From the human T2T-CHM13v2.0 reference genome, Homo sapiens, in the NCBI RefSeq assembly GCF_009914755.1, contig NC_060939.1: a stretch of DNA of 64,000 bases; one strand, 5' to 3'. This document shows, one piece after another, positions 32,586 to 49,893 of the stretch; position 1 is the stretch's first letter; every line of letters begins with the position of its first letter. The notes beneath the pieces were generated by a model that saw nothing but the letters and a program-made list of their open reading frames with translations, was not told the DNA's origin and searched no databases. A program made the position numbers and the translations under genes.

Positions 32586-34832
32586 GCAAGTTCCCTATGT
32601 AACAAGATGTTGAGTGGGACTTTTTTATTGCCCCGAATGGGCATTCAGATTGCAAAGCTAAAAATAAAGTCTTAGACACTCTATTTGTTAAATAACTGGA
32701 ATTCCTCATGACTTTCAAGAGGTATCAAAACTGGCTTTGGGACCCACAACTCTAAGCCCCTGGGTCTATGTAAGTAGAGGGATTAAAAAAAGTGGGTAGA
32801 ATTTTTGAAATCTTGGCCTGTAACAAATACTAGCTTGAGGTGAAACACTTTTTGTTCCCCATAAAACCAAGAAAAGGGCCTCCAAGAGACTCCCTTATGG
32901 GGAGTGGAGATGCTTGCAAAAAGGGAGACAGGGTACCTTGCACCCTAGCTGGGTGTTTGCTGATCCATGGTTCTGGTGGAATGGAGTCTACTATTCAGGA
33001 GAGTGCTTTAGAGGGTTTGATGTGTGCCCTGGAGTTTGGGGCATAGAAGACATAGAGCCTGGTGCCTCTTCTAGTCTGGAAATTTTGGCAGGCAGCTGAT
33101 TTAATGGAGTAGCCCATGCCAGCAAGAAAGATGGGTGGTAGTACAGTGCTAAGGGAAGAAAAGAACATTTTTTCCTTTGCATTCATTGAGGGCTTGGGAA
33201 GGTACAGAAAGCTCCACAGGAAGAAGCCTGATGTGTAGGGGAGGAGCAGGAGCCCCAGGGCTGTCCAGGCTCAATCACAAAAGGAGGAAATCTGCCTGGA
33301 GAAGAGGCTGGGTGTGTGGACAGCTGGAGGGTCTGAAGCGGGACCCAGCTGCCCCTTTCTGAGAGGCTCCCTACTGCCCAAGAGGGCCGAGGTGAGGCTG
33401 AACACTGTCTCAAGAAAACTGTATACACAGAAGCCACCACATCAGACAGCCCAGTCCAAACCAGAGCCATGCCAGGGAGGGACATCTCTCTGTCATCATC
33501 ATCATAATAGCTCTTGCTGTGATTACGCTTCACTCATTCTTGTTTGAATGAACAAAATTAATCTGCCTCCTTCCTCCATTTCTGGTTCCTCTTCATAGCT
33601 TCTTGCCTCCTCTCATCGGCTCTGTGTGGAGACTTGCAATACTTTATATACTGGTGAATGAGCTGTCTCGGCTTGGAGGCAGGGCCTGTGGGGGTGGGCG
33701 TGCTGGCTGATCCGCTTGGGGCTCCCGGCTTTTACTCCTAATCCTCAGCTTCTGTCTGGCCTGTAGCAGATGGAATCCTCTGCAGGATGCTTGGCCAGTT
33801 GCTTCACTTTTTAAAACAAGGCAGGGTCCAAAATACATAAATAAAATGCTGGCAGGGAGCATATCTTTGCAAGGAGCAAAGGGTTGGCATTTCTAAGGGA
33901 ATAAGCTTTCCCCAACGGTAGGAGCTATCTTTTTAAGGATAAATCCTTTTCTAATTTGACAATCTTTTAGCTCTCAGGGAGATATTAAATAGCTCCAATG
34001 GATGAAGAAAGAAGTTAAGATTTCCTAAGGTACTTTGTCATTTGAGACGCGAGTACAGAGCTACGGCCAGCAATTCATTTGTTCTCATGCTTAGATCTGG
34101 GCCATTTGGTGACCTGCCTGAATTTAGCAAGTGACAAACCCCACTCCTGGCTCTGATTGTGTAAACTGATACAATACCCAGAGTGCGACTCGTTTCAAGC
34201 TTTGCGTTTGCCACGGATTTGGAAATTACCCAAATCTATTGCTGAAATTAGTGAATATTCAAGTTTCCAGCCAGGTGGCTGGTTTCCTTATGCCTATTAA
34301 CTTTTTCTTTCTGATTAGAAAGGTGGTATTTGCCATTGAATACAATTTGAAAAATAGGAAAACTTATAAATGATAAAGCTCTTCATTCATGCTGCCAAGT
34401 TGCATTGTAGAAAGCTTGTTCTAGTTAACCTGACAGCTAGCACTATGCATGTGCCCCTCAATGCATCTTTGTTTGCAATGAGTATTATCCTTAGAAGGAA
34501 AATAAAACATTGTCAATTTGTTAGGTGAGAAAATATTTTATTTTTCATTTATTTGATTGCTTATGAGATTGAGCACTTTTATTTATTGACTGATTGTATG
34601 TCCCCTTCTAAACATTGTTTTTCCATGCTGTATGTCCATTTTAAATTAAGCATTAGTGTTTTCCATATTTGTAAAAGCTCCGCATATATTGAAGATATTA
34701 TTCTCCTTGTTACTCTCATAAGAAATACTTATAAGAAATATTCTCATAAGTGTTGCAAATATTTTCCAAATCGATTTGCCTTTGATTTTGTATTTGTATG
34801 GTTTCCAGCCTGGGCGCCAGAGCAAGGCTTTT

Positions 34833-35214
34833 TGTATTAGTCTGTTTTCACACCGCTGTAAAAGACTACCTGAGACTGGGAAATTTATGAAGAAAAGAGG
34901 TTTAATTGACTCACAGTTCCACAAGCTTAACAGGAAGCATGACTGGGAGGCCTCAGGAAACTTAAAATCATGGCAGAAGGTGAAGGGGAAGCAAGCACCT
35001 TCTTCCCATGGTGGCAGGAGAGAGAGAGTGAGGGAGGAAGTGCCACACACTTTTAAACCATCAGATCTTGTGAGAACACACTCACTATCGTGAAAACAGC
35101 ATGGGGAAATCTGCCTCCGTAATCTCATCACCTCCCACCAGGTCTCTCCCCCAATATTTGGGAATTATAATTCAACATGAGATTTGGGTGGGGACATGGA
35201 GCCAAACCATATTA
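34833..35214 (-). mobile_element. MSTA solo LTR
   Basis: tgtattagtc...gccaaaccatatta; ctttt/ctttg 5-bp flanks. Confidence 0.9.
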
Positions 35215-35257
35215 CTTTGTCTCTTAAAAATGCTTTGTATTTTAAAATAAGAATAGA

Positions 35258-35563
35258 GGGCAGGCACGGTGGCTCACATGCCTGTAATCTCAGCAGTTTG
35301 GGAGGCTGAGGCAGGCAGATCCCTTGAGCCCGAAAGTTGGAAACCAGCCTGGGCAACAGGGTGAAACCCCATCTCTACAAAAAATACAAAAATTAGCCAG
35401 GTGTGGTGGCATGCGCCTGTAGTCATAGCTACTTGGGAGGCTGAGGTGGGAGGATCACTTGAGGCTGGGAGACTGAGGTTGCAGTGAGCTGTGATCGTGC
35501 CACTGCTCCAGCCTGTGTGACAGAGTGAGAACCTGTCTCAAAAAAAAAAAAAAAAAAGAAAAA
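35258..35563 (+). mobile_element. AluJb
   Basis: Full dimer with A tail. Confidence 0.9.
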
Positions 35564-35974
35564 GTAAAAGAAACATTTCACTTATAGAGAACTTAATACA
35601 ATCTAGGCTTTGAGTTCTTTAAATTCAATATCTCATTTAATCCTTCCAGTTTTCTCAACATGATTCAGGTAGTAGATGGCAGAGCTGCAGCACCCACTCA
35701 AGACTTTCTGATTCTGAAGCCTGAACTGTTAACCTCTGCAGTCTATACAGTCATCCCCTCGCTTAAGATTTTTGCAAATTGTTTCCCATGGTTTAAGGTG
35801 GCAGAGAACTAGTCTTTTAACACTCTAATTTTTGGTCTTATGTTAGTAACTCGTTTCATTTTTTTTTTCTCTTTGAAATAAAAAAGTGTTAAGGTAAGGC
35901 TAACTTTGCTTGAAGTTTAGTGAGCACCGCTGATTTCGAGTCAAAGTTTTCTTCACCTCAGGCGAGTTTTTATC

Positions 35975-36145
35975 TAGTGCTGTGGTTCTCAATCCTGGCT
36001 GTACTTTAGAATCAAGTGAGAAATTTATTAATTTTCCCCCCTAACCCTCCTGAGAATACTTAAGCCAGAATCTCTAGGGATGGGAGTATAAATTGAATTT
36101 TTTAAAAATAAGCTGCCCAATGATCCTAATGTGCAGCCAAGACCC
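35975..36145. mobile_element. MER5-family (hAT-Charlie) MITE
   Basis: gtggttctcaatcctggctg...tgatcctaatgtgcagcc. Confidence 0.6.
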
Positions 36146-36437
36146 AGTGACAGAGCAAACCTTCAATTATTATTACTGTTTCTATTGCTTTATTTTCCCA
36201 TAATTCTTGGGTAGAATCTTGCTTCTTTTTCTTTCATGTCTATTATGTCATTATTTTTTACCTTTTTATATTTTTTTCTTTTCTGTCTGAAGGTAGACTT
36301 GACATGTGGGCAAACCGAGCAGGGCACCCATTAGCTGGAAGGGAAGAAAGCAGAGTTGGCTTAGAGATGAAAGCAAATAAGATCTGAACACCAGCTCTCT
36401 TGAACCACATGGGTGCTTATCTTGCCCAGGGAATTAA

Positions 36438-36801
<364 letters not shown>

Positions 36802-37442
36802 CAATGGTGTTTTAAAAGTAATGCTTGCCTGTTGACTCCAGGAGTCTGACGCCAAAGACTGAACTCCCAATATGTGCTAAACCATCTCCCCTTTGGACTC
36901 CCACTATCTCAGCTACTAGAAATGTATTATCTCATCGATATATGTTCCATTAAAGCCAGGGGTGTCGTAGATGCAGGTACAATGAGTACAGAGTCAGATT
37001 CAGAGAAGGAGTTGATCAACGATATCCTCTCCCTCCTCCATCAAGAATTAAGTCATGCTGTACACAAATGGAGTCTCCAGACATCCTCCCTGGGGAAACA
37101 GTCTAGAAAGCAGGAATGGCTGGGGTTGATTTCCCTGTCTGAATAATTTTTAATGGCTCAGCTTTCTCCTGCTGGGTTGACTATCTGATCCCTATGCCTT
37201 GTAAGCCATTTGGACACCTCACCCTGCTTCTCCTTCTCTGCCAACATGCATGCTGCAGAGCAGACTCCCCCATCCTGGTTTCCTCTCCATCCTTTTTGCT
37301 GCTTCTAGTGACTGCTTTGTCTGAGTGATTTAACAAAACTGGACGTTCCATTAAGATACTTTGCACCTGGGGCTCATCTTCCCCAATCATTTGTCTGTTC
37401 TTAGTCCTGTACTTTCCAAGACATCTATTGAAATAAGAGCTT

Positions 37443-38182
<740 letters not shown>

Positions 38183-39246
38183 GAAATAAGAGCTTGAGGA
38201 AGATACAGTGTAGGTAGGCCATAAAACCACAGAGCCTGCACTTGGGTACCCCGGGAGAACTTAGGGAGACGGGATCTGGTTCCATTCATGCAGTAAAAAC
38301 TCCAAAAGTGGTCCCTGTGCATACTGTGTGACTTATGGCACACAAATGGGGAGGTGTGCCTGAGGATTTGCATTTGCTGAAGGCCAGTTATTTGTCTAGC
38401 ACTTTCTGAAGAGTAGACGTGAGGAGCGGTAGAGTTGTGATGCAGGTCTTCGGACTCCTCATGCACTACTCCTTTCTCTATTCTGGGCGTGTCTTCACTG
38501 AAGGTCTCCAGAGAGGAGCAAGGAGAGACTAATTGGGAACAGGCAGGATTTGACAGTTTGGAAAAATCAGACAAGTGATCTCCAGGGGAGATGACCCTGG
38601 GCTCTAAGCACACTTGGTCTGTGTCCCAGGCATATCTATAAATTACTCCCTTACCTAGAAATCACCTGGCACTGTTGCCCAGAGAGGTGCCTTGAAGAGG
38701 TACCTAGAGAAAATATTCAGCTTGCAAGCTGCTAGTTCACAGACAGGCTTGAAATCCCTCAGAAAATACTTTGTCCATGTCACCTTGTTGCACTCCTCAT
38801 TATGGGAAAATCATCCTGGGTAAACACCAAGGTGGGCAAACTGTGTTTTGGCTTGCTGGTACTGGTTTGCCATTCTTTTCTCACCACATTCATTAAATTA
38901 TCAAAATTCTATAAGGATTTAAATGAATGTTCCAGCCTCAGGGCCCATCTGTTCATGCTATTTATTCCCTCGGGGAAGTCACGAATCTGTCATTTGCGAT
39001 TTTAGTTTTTGTGTCTGTGGTGCCAGTGGTGTTTCCTTCTGTGAGGCACGACTTCCCAGGCAGGACTCTTGGGAGGATTGTGAAGCTAATGGCACCTCCT
39101 TCCTCAGGAAGTGAGACACCTGCAACCGAGTGTGAGGTGCAGCAGCCAAGAGCCAGTGAGGAAGAGAGCCTGGAGGGGGAAATGTGCATTCCTTACTTCA
39201 CAAGACAGAATTTCAGGCCTGCAGAGGGATGGGGGACTTCCTTTAA

Positions 39247-40028
<782 letters not shown>

Positions 40029-40210
40029 GTGCATGAGGGTATAAACACTTGTTGAGTTTCTGTTCTGTGCCGGGTACTGCACTCATGACGTCACATGTTT
40101 TCTCATTTACTGAAAAGACTTTATAAATCATCCAACGGTCATCCCAGCGGCCTTTGTATGATCATCATTCTGCAGTCAGTGCAAGGAGTGAGGCTTCCCT
40201 TAAGAACTTA

Positions 40211-40555
<345 letters not shown>

Positions 40556-41324
40556 TTAAAATTAGGGCATAAAGAGCAGAGTGAGAAAATAAAGTCACCT
40601 TAAAGAGAGAAAAGGGTCCCCAACCCTACTGTACTTGAACCTAACTGAACTGAATATATTGGTAACAATAATGGTGGTGGTGATGATGATGATGATGATA
40701 GTTGATGTTTGTTGAGTGCTACTTTTGGCTGGGTGTGTGTTCTAAGTGCTTTAAATGGATTACTTAATAGTCACAAATCTAAAGAAAGAACACATCTAGC
40801 ACTCTTAAGAGGGATTGGTCAGCTAAGTATGCAAAGAAAAAGGAGCCTCTCAGAAGGTGATGTTGGCACTGAGTTCCAAATACCACCTAAGAAAGACAGC
40901 ATCTAGCTAACAAATTCAGGTATGAGGGTTCCTTTGGCAAGGCTGTGCCTACTGTGCACCTGAGGGCAGCAGGCTCCAAGATGGAGACCCAGAGCAGTGA
41001 CTCATCTGCTTCTGCCTGTTCCAACTCTGTGTTCCTGAGCCTCCATCCAAATATGGGTTGACTTCCTGTGTTGGTCTGATAGGAGGTGCTGATCATGCCA
41101 AGATGAGGATTCTGTCTTACAGGTAGAGCTCTCCTTGCAGATAAGTAAAGTGACATTCTGGTTGATATATCCATCTGGAGATAATAGTGGGAGAGAGACC
41201 TGTGGCTGCAGGGTTGATGAGCCAGGTCTTTGGCTTGATTTAGGGTAAGAGTCAGACCCTGGACTGGGATATTATATTTGTTTCCTATTGCTGTTGTACA
41301 GAAAAGAAAACTATAGACAAATAC

Positions 41325-41728
41325 CTCGGATATATAGACATAAAAATCCTCAAGAAAAATACTAGCAAACAAAATCTAGCAACATAAGAAAATGATTATA
41401 CACCATGACCAAATGGCATTTATCCCAAGAATGCAAGTCTGGTTTAATGTTTAAAAGTCAATCAATGTAATATACCACATTAATGGAATAAAAGAAAAAA
41501 CTTACACAGTCATTTTAATAGACAGAAAAACATTTGACAAAACCCAACACCTTTTCATAATAAAAATACTTAAACTAGAAATAGAAGGGAACTTCCTTAA
41601 CCTGATAAAGGACACTTCTAAAAACCCCACAGTGAACAACGTCATAGTTAATGGTGAAAGACTGAATGCTTTCCCTTCAAGTTTAGGAAAAAGACAAGGG
41701 TGTTCACTCTCACCACTTCAACATTATA
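41325..41728 (+). mobile_element. Old L1 ORF2 (RT region) fragment
   Basis: aaaatcctcaagaaaatactagcaaac, caccatgaccaa, catttgacaaaa, gaatgctttccc. Confidence 0.85.
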
Positions 41729-43200
41729 GGACACATAGCATGGGCTTTGGAATGAAAGAACTTGGACTCAAATGATAGCTCCATCAATCACTAGCTGTGT
41801 AATTTTGGGCAAATTGCTTAACCTCTCTAAGCTTGCCTTAGTTTCTCCCTGTATACAATGGGATGATAATTATACCTACATTGCAGGTCTTTTTTTGAGG
41901 ACTGAATGAATGTCAAGCTTCCAGCTCTGAGCTGGGCACGAGGTGGATATTCACAAAATGTTCTTTTTGCTTTCTTCCCTCTGGGATGCTTAGCTTCATC
42001 TCAGAGAAAAGAGAAGGGTGTGGACAAGACAAGGTGGGGAGAGTGGGAGGCACATTTAAGCATTTTTGAGATACTCTAATTAACGGGCAGAGGCCAGGCT
42101 GGAAACAGATCAACTGTGCCCTTTGTGTGGCTGTTCCAGAACAAGCTCATTTTTGCCATGCCTTCTGCTTGGGACTGCCGGGAAGGCATCCTGTTCTCCA
42201 AGCCCCCGCACTGACGGCACTGTCCGGCCGCTCTTCTATCCCTCAGCAGGAAGGCTCAGTAGGGGTTTAGAAAGCAGATTGTCCACACTGTCCTGATTTC
42301 GGGAAAGAAAAGCTCTTTCTATTGAACAAATAACCTTTTGGATGAGAAAGAAAAGAAATACTCCAGAGGCATGACAGTCACAGAAGGGGCCCAGGGACAG
42401 CCCAGAAGGTGTTTGTGTGTGCAGGGAGCTGAGTTGCAGGGGGAAGTGTGGTGGGTGGAGGGCAGGAGGAGTGGGACATGTGGTCTCAGTGTTCTGCTGA
42501 GCTTCAGCATGCTGCCTCCATAGTGGAGTTAAGGTTTTAACTTGTGCATATTGGGGCATAGTAATAGTCCCAGGGGTTTGCCAGAATTTCTATGCTAATT
42601 TTGCAAAGCTATGCAGATTCAGGAGTAGTTCTTTGAGCTTTTCTTTTCTTTTTCTCATTATAAGCATTAAAGTGACATGCATTTTATGAACTGTGAGGAA
42701 ACTTGGGATAAGGTCATGAAGAATGGCATTTGGTGCTCTGCAGAGAAAAACATCCCTCAGGTATTTGAACCTATTGCACTGGAGAAAAAGAGAAAAATAT
42801 ACCTGTGAAAGCTCTTATTATCATTGTCACGTTCATCCCAGGGACTCAAATTAAATCTGGGATTGTGCAGAAACTGTGTTTCCACCCTCTGGGGACAAAT
42901 CCCATCACCAACTCAGCTCTTTGTGTAGCGGAGATTTTCAGTCCCTCCTGGGAGCTGTTTTCACCCTCTTCCACCAGTGAGTCATCCGCAGAGGCTGTTC
43001 TCCAAGAAGGTGGGATGGGAGAGCAGGAGGAGGTGTCAGAATGTAAAAGCTGTTCTGTTCTTTCCTTGACAATTATCTTTGCAGCTTGTTAGTAAGATTT
43101 TTCTGCAGAGTCAGAAAAAGTGAATGGACCAGGTACTTACCCAGGGTCTGATTCCACCCCGCAAACCCTCACCTGGCTGAATATGAGATCCCTACATTGC

Positions 43201-43819
43201 TATTGGCGCTCAGAAAACAATATCCAAAAATGAAGGCCTCAGAAGCGAAAGTGTTTTTCTCCTCCCCGTCTGTCTCTCAGTCCCAGTCTCTCTCAAGGCT
43301 AGCCATAGAAACTAGAATCCTTCTTTCCCAGGGCAGATCATAGAAACCAGAATACTTTTTCCCCAAAGCCAGCCATAAAACCTAAAAATACTACTCCCAC
43401 TTCCCTCTGCCTTTCTGTGTAAAACCTGGCCATAAAGAAATTATCTGACCAACCTTCTTTGACTATAGGTCCTAAGACTCTCAGTCCAGAGAGGGCCCTG
43501 CCCCACACCCAGAAGGAAGGAATGCTGCCCAGAGATGACCAGAGGAATCTAGACAGGTAGGTCTTCTGGGTTTCCTCACTTAGTCATGAGCACTAGATCC
43601 TATCCTTTTTGTCCAATCATATTTCTCCATGGCTGTCTATACTTTGTTGAACCCATGCATAACAATGGCCAATTTCCCTTGTGTCTTTGGGTCTTCATTC
43701 TGAAGGCTCCCGTGGATACACGTCAAATAAAGTTGTATGCCTGCCTTCCAATTAATCTGCTTTTGTGAGTTGATTTTTTGGTGAAACTTCAGAGGGCCAG
43801 GGAGCCCTTGGCCCCTACA
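43201..43819 (+). mobile_element. ERV1 solo LTR, MER39-like
   Basis: t(a)ttggcgctcagaaaacaatatccaaaaatgaaggcctcagaagc start; AATAAA; cttcagaggg...cccttggcccctaca end. Confidence 0.8.
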
Positions 43820-44479
43820 TGGCCACATGTAAGTCTTATGTCCTGCTGCCTTTCAAACAGGAGTGAAATAATCCCAGTGACAGCGTATGTGTGAGATCCT
43901 TGGGATCAAGTCACTTCAACAAATATTTAACATGCCCTGGGGTAGGTACATGACACATTACAGAAATGAGTAGGTCAAAGATATCCAACCTTAAGAAAGT
44001 TAGAGTCAAGTGGGTTGAATACATGTGCATTTGCATGTATTTGCATTTCATAAATGAAATTTACCATTTCATAAGGTAAAGTGAAAGGAAGGCTGTGGCA
44101 AAGGTATACGTAAAATGCAGGGTTGTGATGAAGGGGGAGAAATCAATTGTCCGGAGATGGAACTGGGGGAGGAAGGAGCATTGAGGCTGAGTCAAGTGCA
44201 ATGGTGGGGATCAGCAAAGATGTATGTCTTGGAAAAGCCCAGAACCGGAGTATGGCCCTAGTGCATGGATGAAGCTGCAAGGGTGGACAGAACCAAAACA
44301 GAAGGTCACATGTGCCCAGCACAGCACACTGGGCACAGACTAGGACTGCATCTGGTTGCCTCCAGATGGCTTTAGGGGCCATGCAGAGGGCAGTGGTAGG
44401 TATGAGGGAGCCAGCGGAGGCTTCTTTGGAGGCGATCTGTTTGATGTGATACGGTCTGTGGATGGAGGCAGTATAACTT

Positions 44480-44705
44480 CGTGGCTTCTGGCCTGTGCCC
44501 TGGAGTTGGAGAGCCTGGATTAGAATCCCAGCCCTGCCACTTACTAACTGTGTGACCGTAAGTATGGTTTTCCTCAGCCTGTGTTTCCTCATCTGTAAAA
44601 GAGAGACAAGAAGAGTACTCATGCGGGGATCTCGGGAGGGTTAAGTGAGATAATGCATGTAACACGCTTAGCTCAGTGCCTGGTCCTTGGCAAAGGCTCA
44701 GCAAA
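44480..44705 (+). mobile_element. MIR
   Basis: gaatcccagccctgccacttactaactgtgtgacc...tttcctcatctgtaaaa. Confidence 0.85.
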
Positions 44706-45885
44706 GGGAGGTGATATTAACAACCATTCCAAGGAGATGGCCGTCAACGCTAGGGGTGGATAAATTGGGAAGAGAGGGACGACAGGCCTGGGGCCACGTG
44801 GGCAGCTGTGGCCAGCATGCAGGTCAGGCGTGCCAAGGCCTGAACCTGAACAGTGGTAGGAGAAAGGAAAGGAGAGATGGATGAGATGATTCTTAATGCT
44901 GAGATGAAACGGCTAGGACTTGGCAAGTCTAGGAAGTGGGGCTGAGGAGAGTGAGAGGAGTGACACAGCTGAGGTTCTTAGGTTAGGGCAACTGGGAGAG
45001 AGGATGGGAGGAGTGTTGGAGGAATACTGAATTCCATATTGGGCTCTCTTGAGTGAACAGGCTCAGGAACCAATTGCAACTCAGGGACAAGGTCAGGGTT
45101 GGAGTTACGTGCTTGGCTAGGGCTGAAGCATCATGTGGCAGAAGTGGCTGAAATCATCCAGGGAGACAGAATAGAAGCAGAAAATCTCATGCTAGAACCA
45201 TAGAGAAGATTTGCATTGAAAATGGAAGTGGAGGGTAAGGAACAGGGAATGAGAGAGAGAGAGAGAAGCAGCTGCATTTGGGGAGGAAGGAGAAGAGTCA
45301 GGAGAAAGCTGGTGTCAGAGATTCCAAAGCAGGAGGGGTCTGACCAAGTAGGTGTTCACGGAGGACAGGGACCAAGAGGAAGCTCCTGCGTGTCAGTCAG
45401 GATGTGGCTTGTGAGTCTTGCAGACATACTGCCTGCATGGAGGTGAGAAGAAGAGCTGCAGTCCTGGGGGCAAAGAGGGGAGTGTGTGGCGGTGCACGGT
45501 TCAGTGAGTCCTTCAAGACGTTCGGAGGTGAAAGCAAGGGGAGAATGTTGGCCAAGCTTGTAGGAAAGAGGATTGAAGGAAATGTCTTTAGGATGTGTGA
45601 TATTTTAGTATTTTTACAGGGTAAAAAATGAGAGTGTGAGGAGAAGGAACTTGAAGATGCAAAAGGAGGAGATGGTTGATGGATCCAAGTTCAGGAACAC
45701 ATGGGAGGGTGTGGGGCTGAGAGCAGTCGGGGGTTAGCCTTAGAAAAGGGTAGCTACGCTGTGGAGGGAGAGGAGGAGAAGGGAGTGGGTGAAGTTGGGA
45801 GACTTTCTGAGAGAAGGCTTTCAATGAACTAGCGAGTGAGGTCAGGAAGGGTTTTGGAGATGGGGGGAGATTCAGGGAAAAGATG

Positions 45886-46032
45886 TTTTCTTGTTTTTTT
45901 TTTTTTTTTTTTTTTTAAATAGAGACAAGGTCTCACTTTGTTGCCCAGGCTAGTCTTGAACTCCTGGGCTCATGCAATTCTCCTGCCCTGGCCTCCCAAA
46001 GTGTTGGGAGGTGTGAGCCACTGCACCCAGTC
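45886..46032 (-). mobile_element. FLAM / free left Alu monomer
   Basis: Single monomer with poly-T; cagggaaaag TSD. Confidence 0.85.
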
Positions 46033-46388
46033 CAGGGAAAAGGTTTGGAACAGCCCTCACGGGGAATAAAACTAAGCACAACTAGGGGCATTGACAAGCA
46101 GGACTGGGGGTCAGTCGATTTGAACATCTGTATTGGGGGGGGTTGGGCAGATAAGCACACATATATGTATACATATACACATATATGTTTGTGTGTGTAT
46201 GTGTATATGTATATATTTTACTGTGAGTGTTTGGCAGCCTAAGTAATGGGCAAAAGAAAGTGGGTTTGCACATTGGGTGCAGTGGCTCATGCCTGTAATC
46301 TCAGCACTTTGGGAGGTAAAGGCAGAAGGATTGCTTGAGGCCAGGAATTTGGCGTCAGCCTGGGCAACATAGTGAGACTCTATTGCTA

Positions 46389-47610
<1,222 letters not shown>

Positions 47611-48752
47611 TTAATGTAGGGCTGAAAATTGTGCATGTCTCTGGTTCCTCATGGGAATTGGCGCCATTTCACTTAAGGCCAGTGCATAATAAGGGCTAAA
47701 AGACTAAAGACTATTGGGCATCTGTTGCGTGCCAGGCCTTGAGAGAAGTATGTTACCTCTGTTAGTTTATTTAATTCTGTAACACCCCCATGAGGGAGGC
47801 CACATCATTATTCACATTTTGCAGGCGGAGAAACTGAGGATCATAGAGATTAAGAGACTTCAATATGATCACAGCAAAGAATAAGCAGTGCAGGTGGAAA
47901 CTGACACCGGTGCATTTGTAGGAATTAAGCATTTTCTCCTGCATCTCCTGCCCACAGCACAGACTGGGTCTCGGGGCTAATTAGACATGAAAAAACAGCA
48001 TTTCCTGTTGGGGCTGATGCACTAGGAAGCAAAGGTTTTTGATGAAACAAACAAACAAACAAAGAACAAAATTGAACCGCCATCCTCCTGTTTCACTACT
48101 CTGAGGCAATATGTGTGGGAACTTTTTCTTCCTTTTCCTTTTTTTTTTGTTTTTGTTTTTTGGTTGAGGTTCTCTGCTCAAATGCACTGGAATTGACAAA
48201 TTCTAATGATAGTCTATTTTGGAGGGAGTGTTAAATTATTCAGAGGTAGGCACAAATAGCACATCTCTAGCTTCGACTTCGGCTTGAACCTGCAGATGTC
48301 AATTTATTGAGCCCTGTGAGGGTCTGCAGAAAATGCCCAGGCCAGAGTGGGGACAGGCGGCAGGGCTTCCATCCACTGCCCAGGAGGCAGGTGCTCGCTG
48401 GCTGCTGTCTGGAGTCTGCAACTCCAAACTCTCCACACTTCCTGTCCCCAGGCAGCAGGGTCACTGGACACAGCTTGGCGCCATGGCAACAAAGTCTTTG
48501 ACTGGGGCTTCTTCTGATTTCTCTTGTTCTCCCTTGCCTGGGTGTCAGTGAGCCTTCCAGGTATGCGATCCATGAGAAGCTGGAACTTCTGCAGTGCACT
48601 TATGGTGATCACATTTGGGGTTTTGCATACTTGGAGCTCGGAAACGTCCACATGCACATGAGGGCTTTTTGCAGGATGCTTAAAAAGTGAGGCATGTTGA
48701 GATACCTTAAAAATAAGGTCCTCCCATGCCTCTTCACCACTTTCTTTCTTCC

Positions 48753-49115
<363 letters not shown>

Positions 49116-49224
49116 TGATAAGGATGTTGCTACAATTCAGAATCCATTCAAGACCGCTGGGATTCTAGGCCTTCCCTGTGGAAATACCTTGAGGGATGGA
49201 CAGAGCCACAAAGTAGCTGCAACT

Positions 49225-49350
49225 AGGATGATTATTTAATTTAGGATCCAAACCTGCAAGAGAGCGAAAAGGGGGTGCTTTTTACAAATGACTCCAGGAC
49301 ACCTGGCGTGATCAGGCACTGTCTGGAGCAACTTGGGAAGGTGGCCACTC
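49225..49350 (+). mobile_element. hAT-Blackjack MITE (MER81/MER94-like), degenerate
   Basis: aattt...tccaaac...gagagcgaaaagggggtgct...ggccactct resembles my recall of the consensus. Confidence 0.45.
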
Positions 49351-49752
49351 TGGAAAGAACACAGGCTCTGGAATGAAATGTTTTGCTTAACATTTAAGAA
49401 CCTCAGCTTTTTCATCAGTTAAACTGACATCTACTTTTCATGGTCCTGTTGGAGTAACATATATGAAGTGCCAGGCACAATTCCTAACACATAAGTGTTC
49501 AATATTTATTAGCTCCTTTTCTTTAAAAAGCAAACAACCCCAATAAAAACAACAGCGACAACAAAAACTGCCCTGTACCAAAAAATCATTTCTAGGCTTC
49601 CAGCAGGTGGGATTGAGTCCCACCTATTTTCTCAGCCTACCTCTTTACCCAACCATTCGTTCTAATGCAGAGGTGGAATATTGCTTTCCCAGTCAACCAT
49701 TTCCTTTTCTGCTCAGATGTTTCTGGTCTCTGTATAACAGTATTTCTCAACC

Positions 49753-49893
49753 TTTTTTTTTTTTTTTTTATTTTGAGACAGGGTCTTGCTCTGTTACCCG
49801 GGCTGGAGCACAGTACTGTGATCATTGCTCACTGCAGCCTAGACCTCCCCAGCTCACGTGATCCTCCCACCTCAGCCTCCCAAGTAGCTGGGA
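49753..49893 (-). mobile_element. Partial AluJ/FRAM (right monomer)
   Basis: poly-T, gagacagggtcttgctc...gtagctgggac, then Alu similarity ends. Confidence 0.85.

Noticed and set aside
42205-42235. REST/RE1 right half-site (GGACAGTGCC, minus strand); similar at ~27060
   Set aside because: Left half-site and spacing do not fit the canonical RE1
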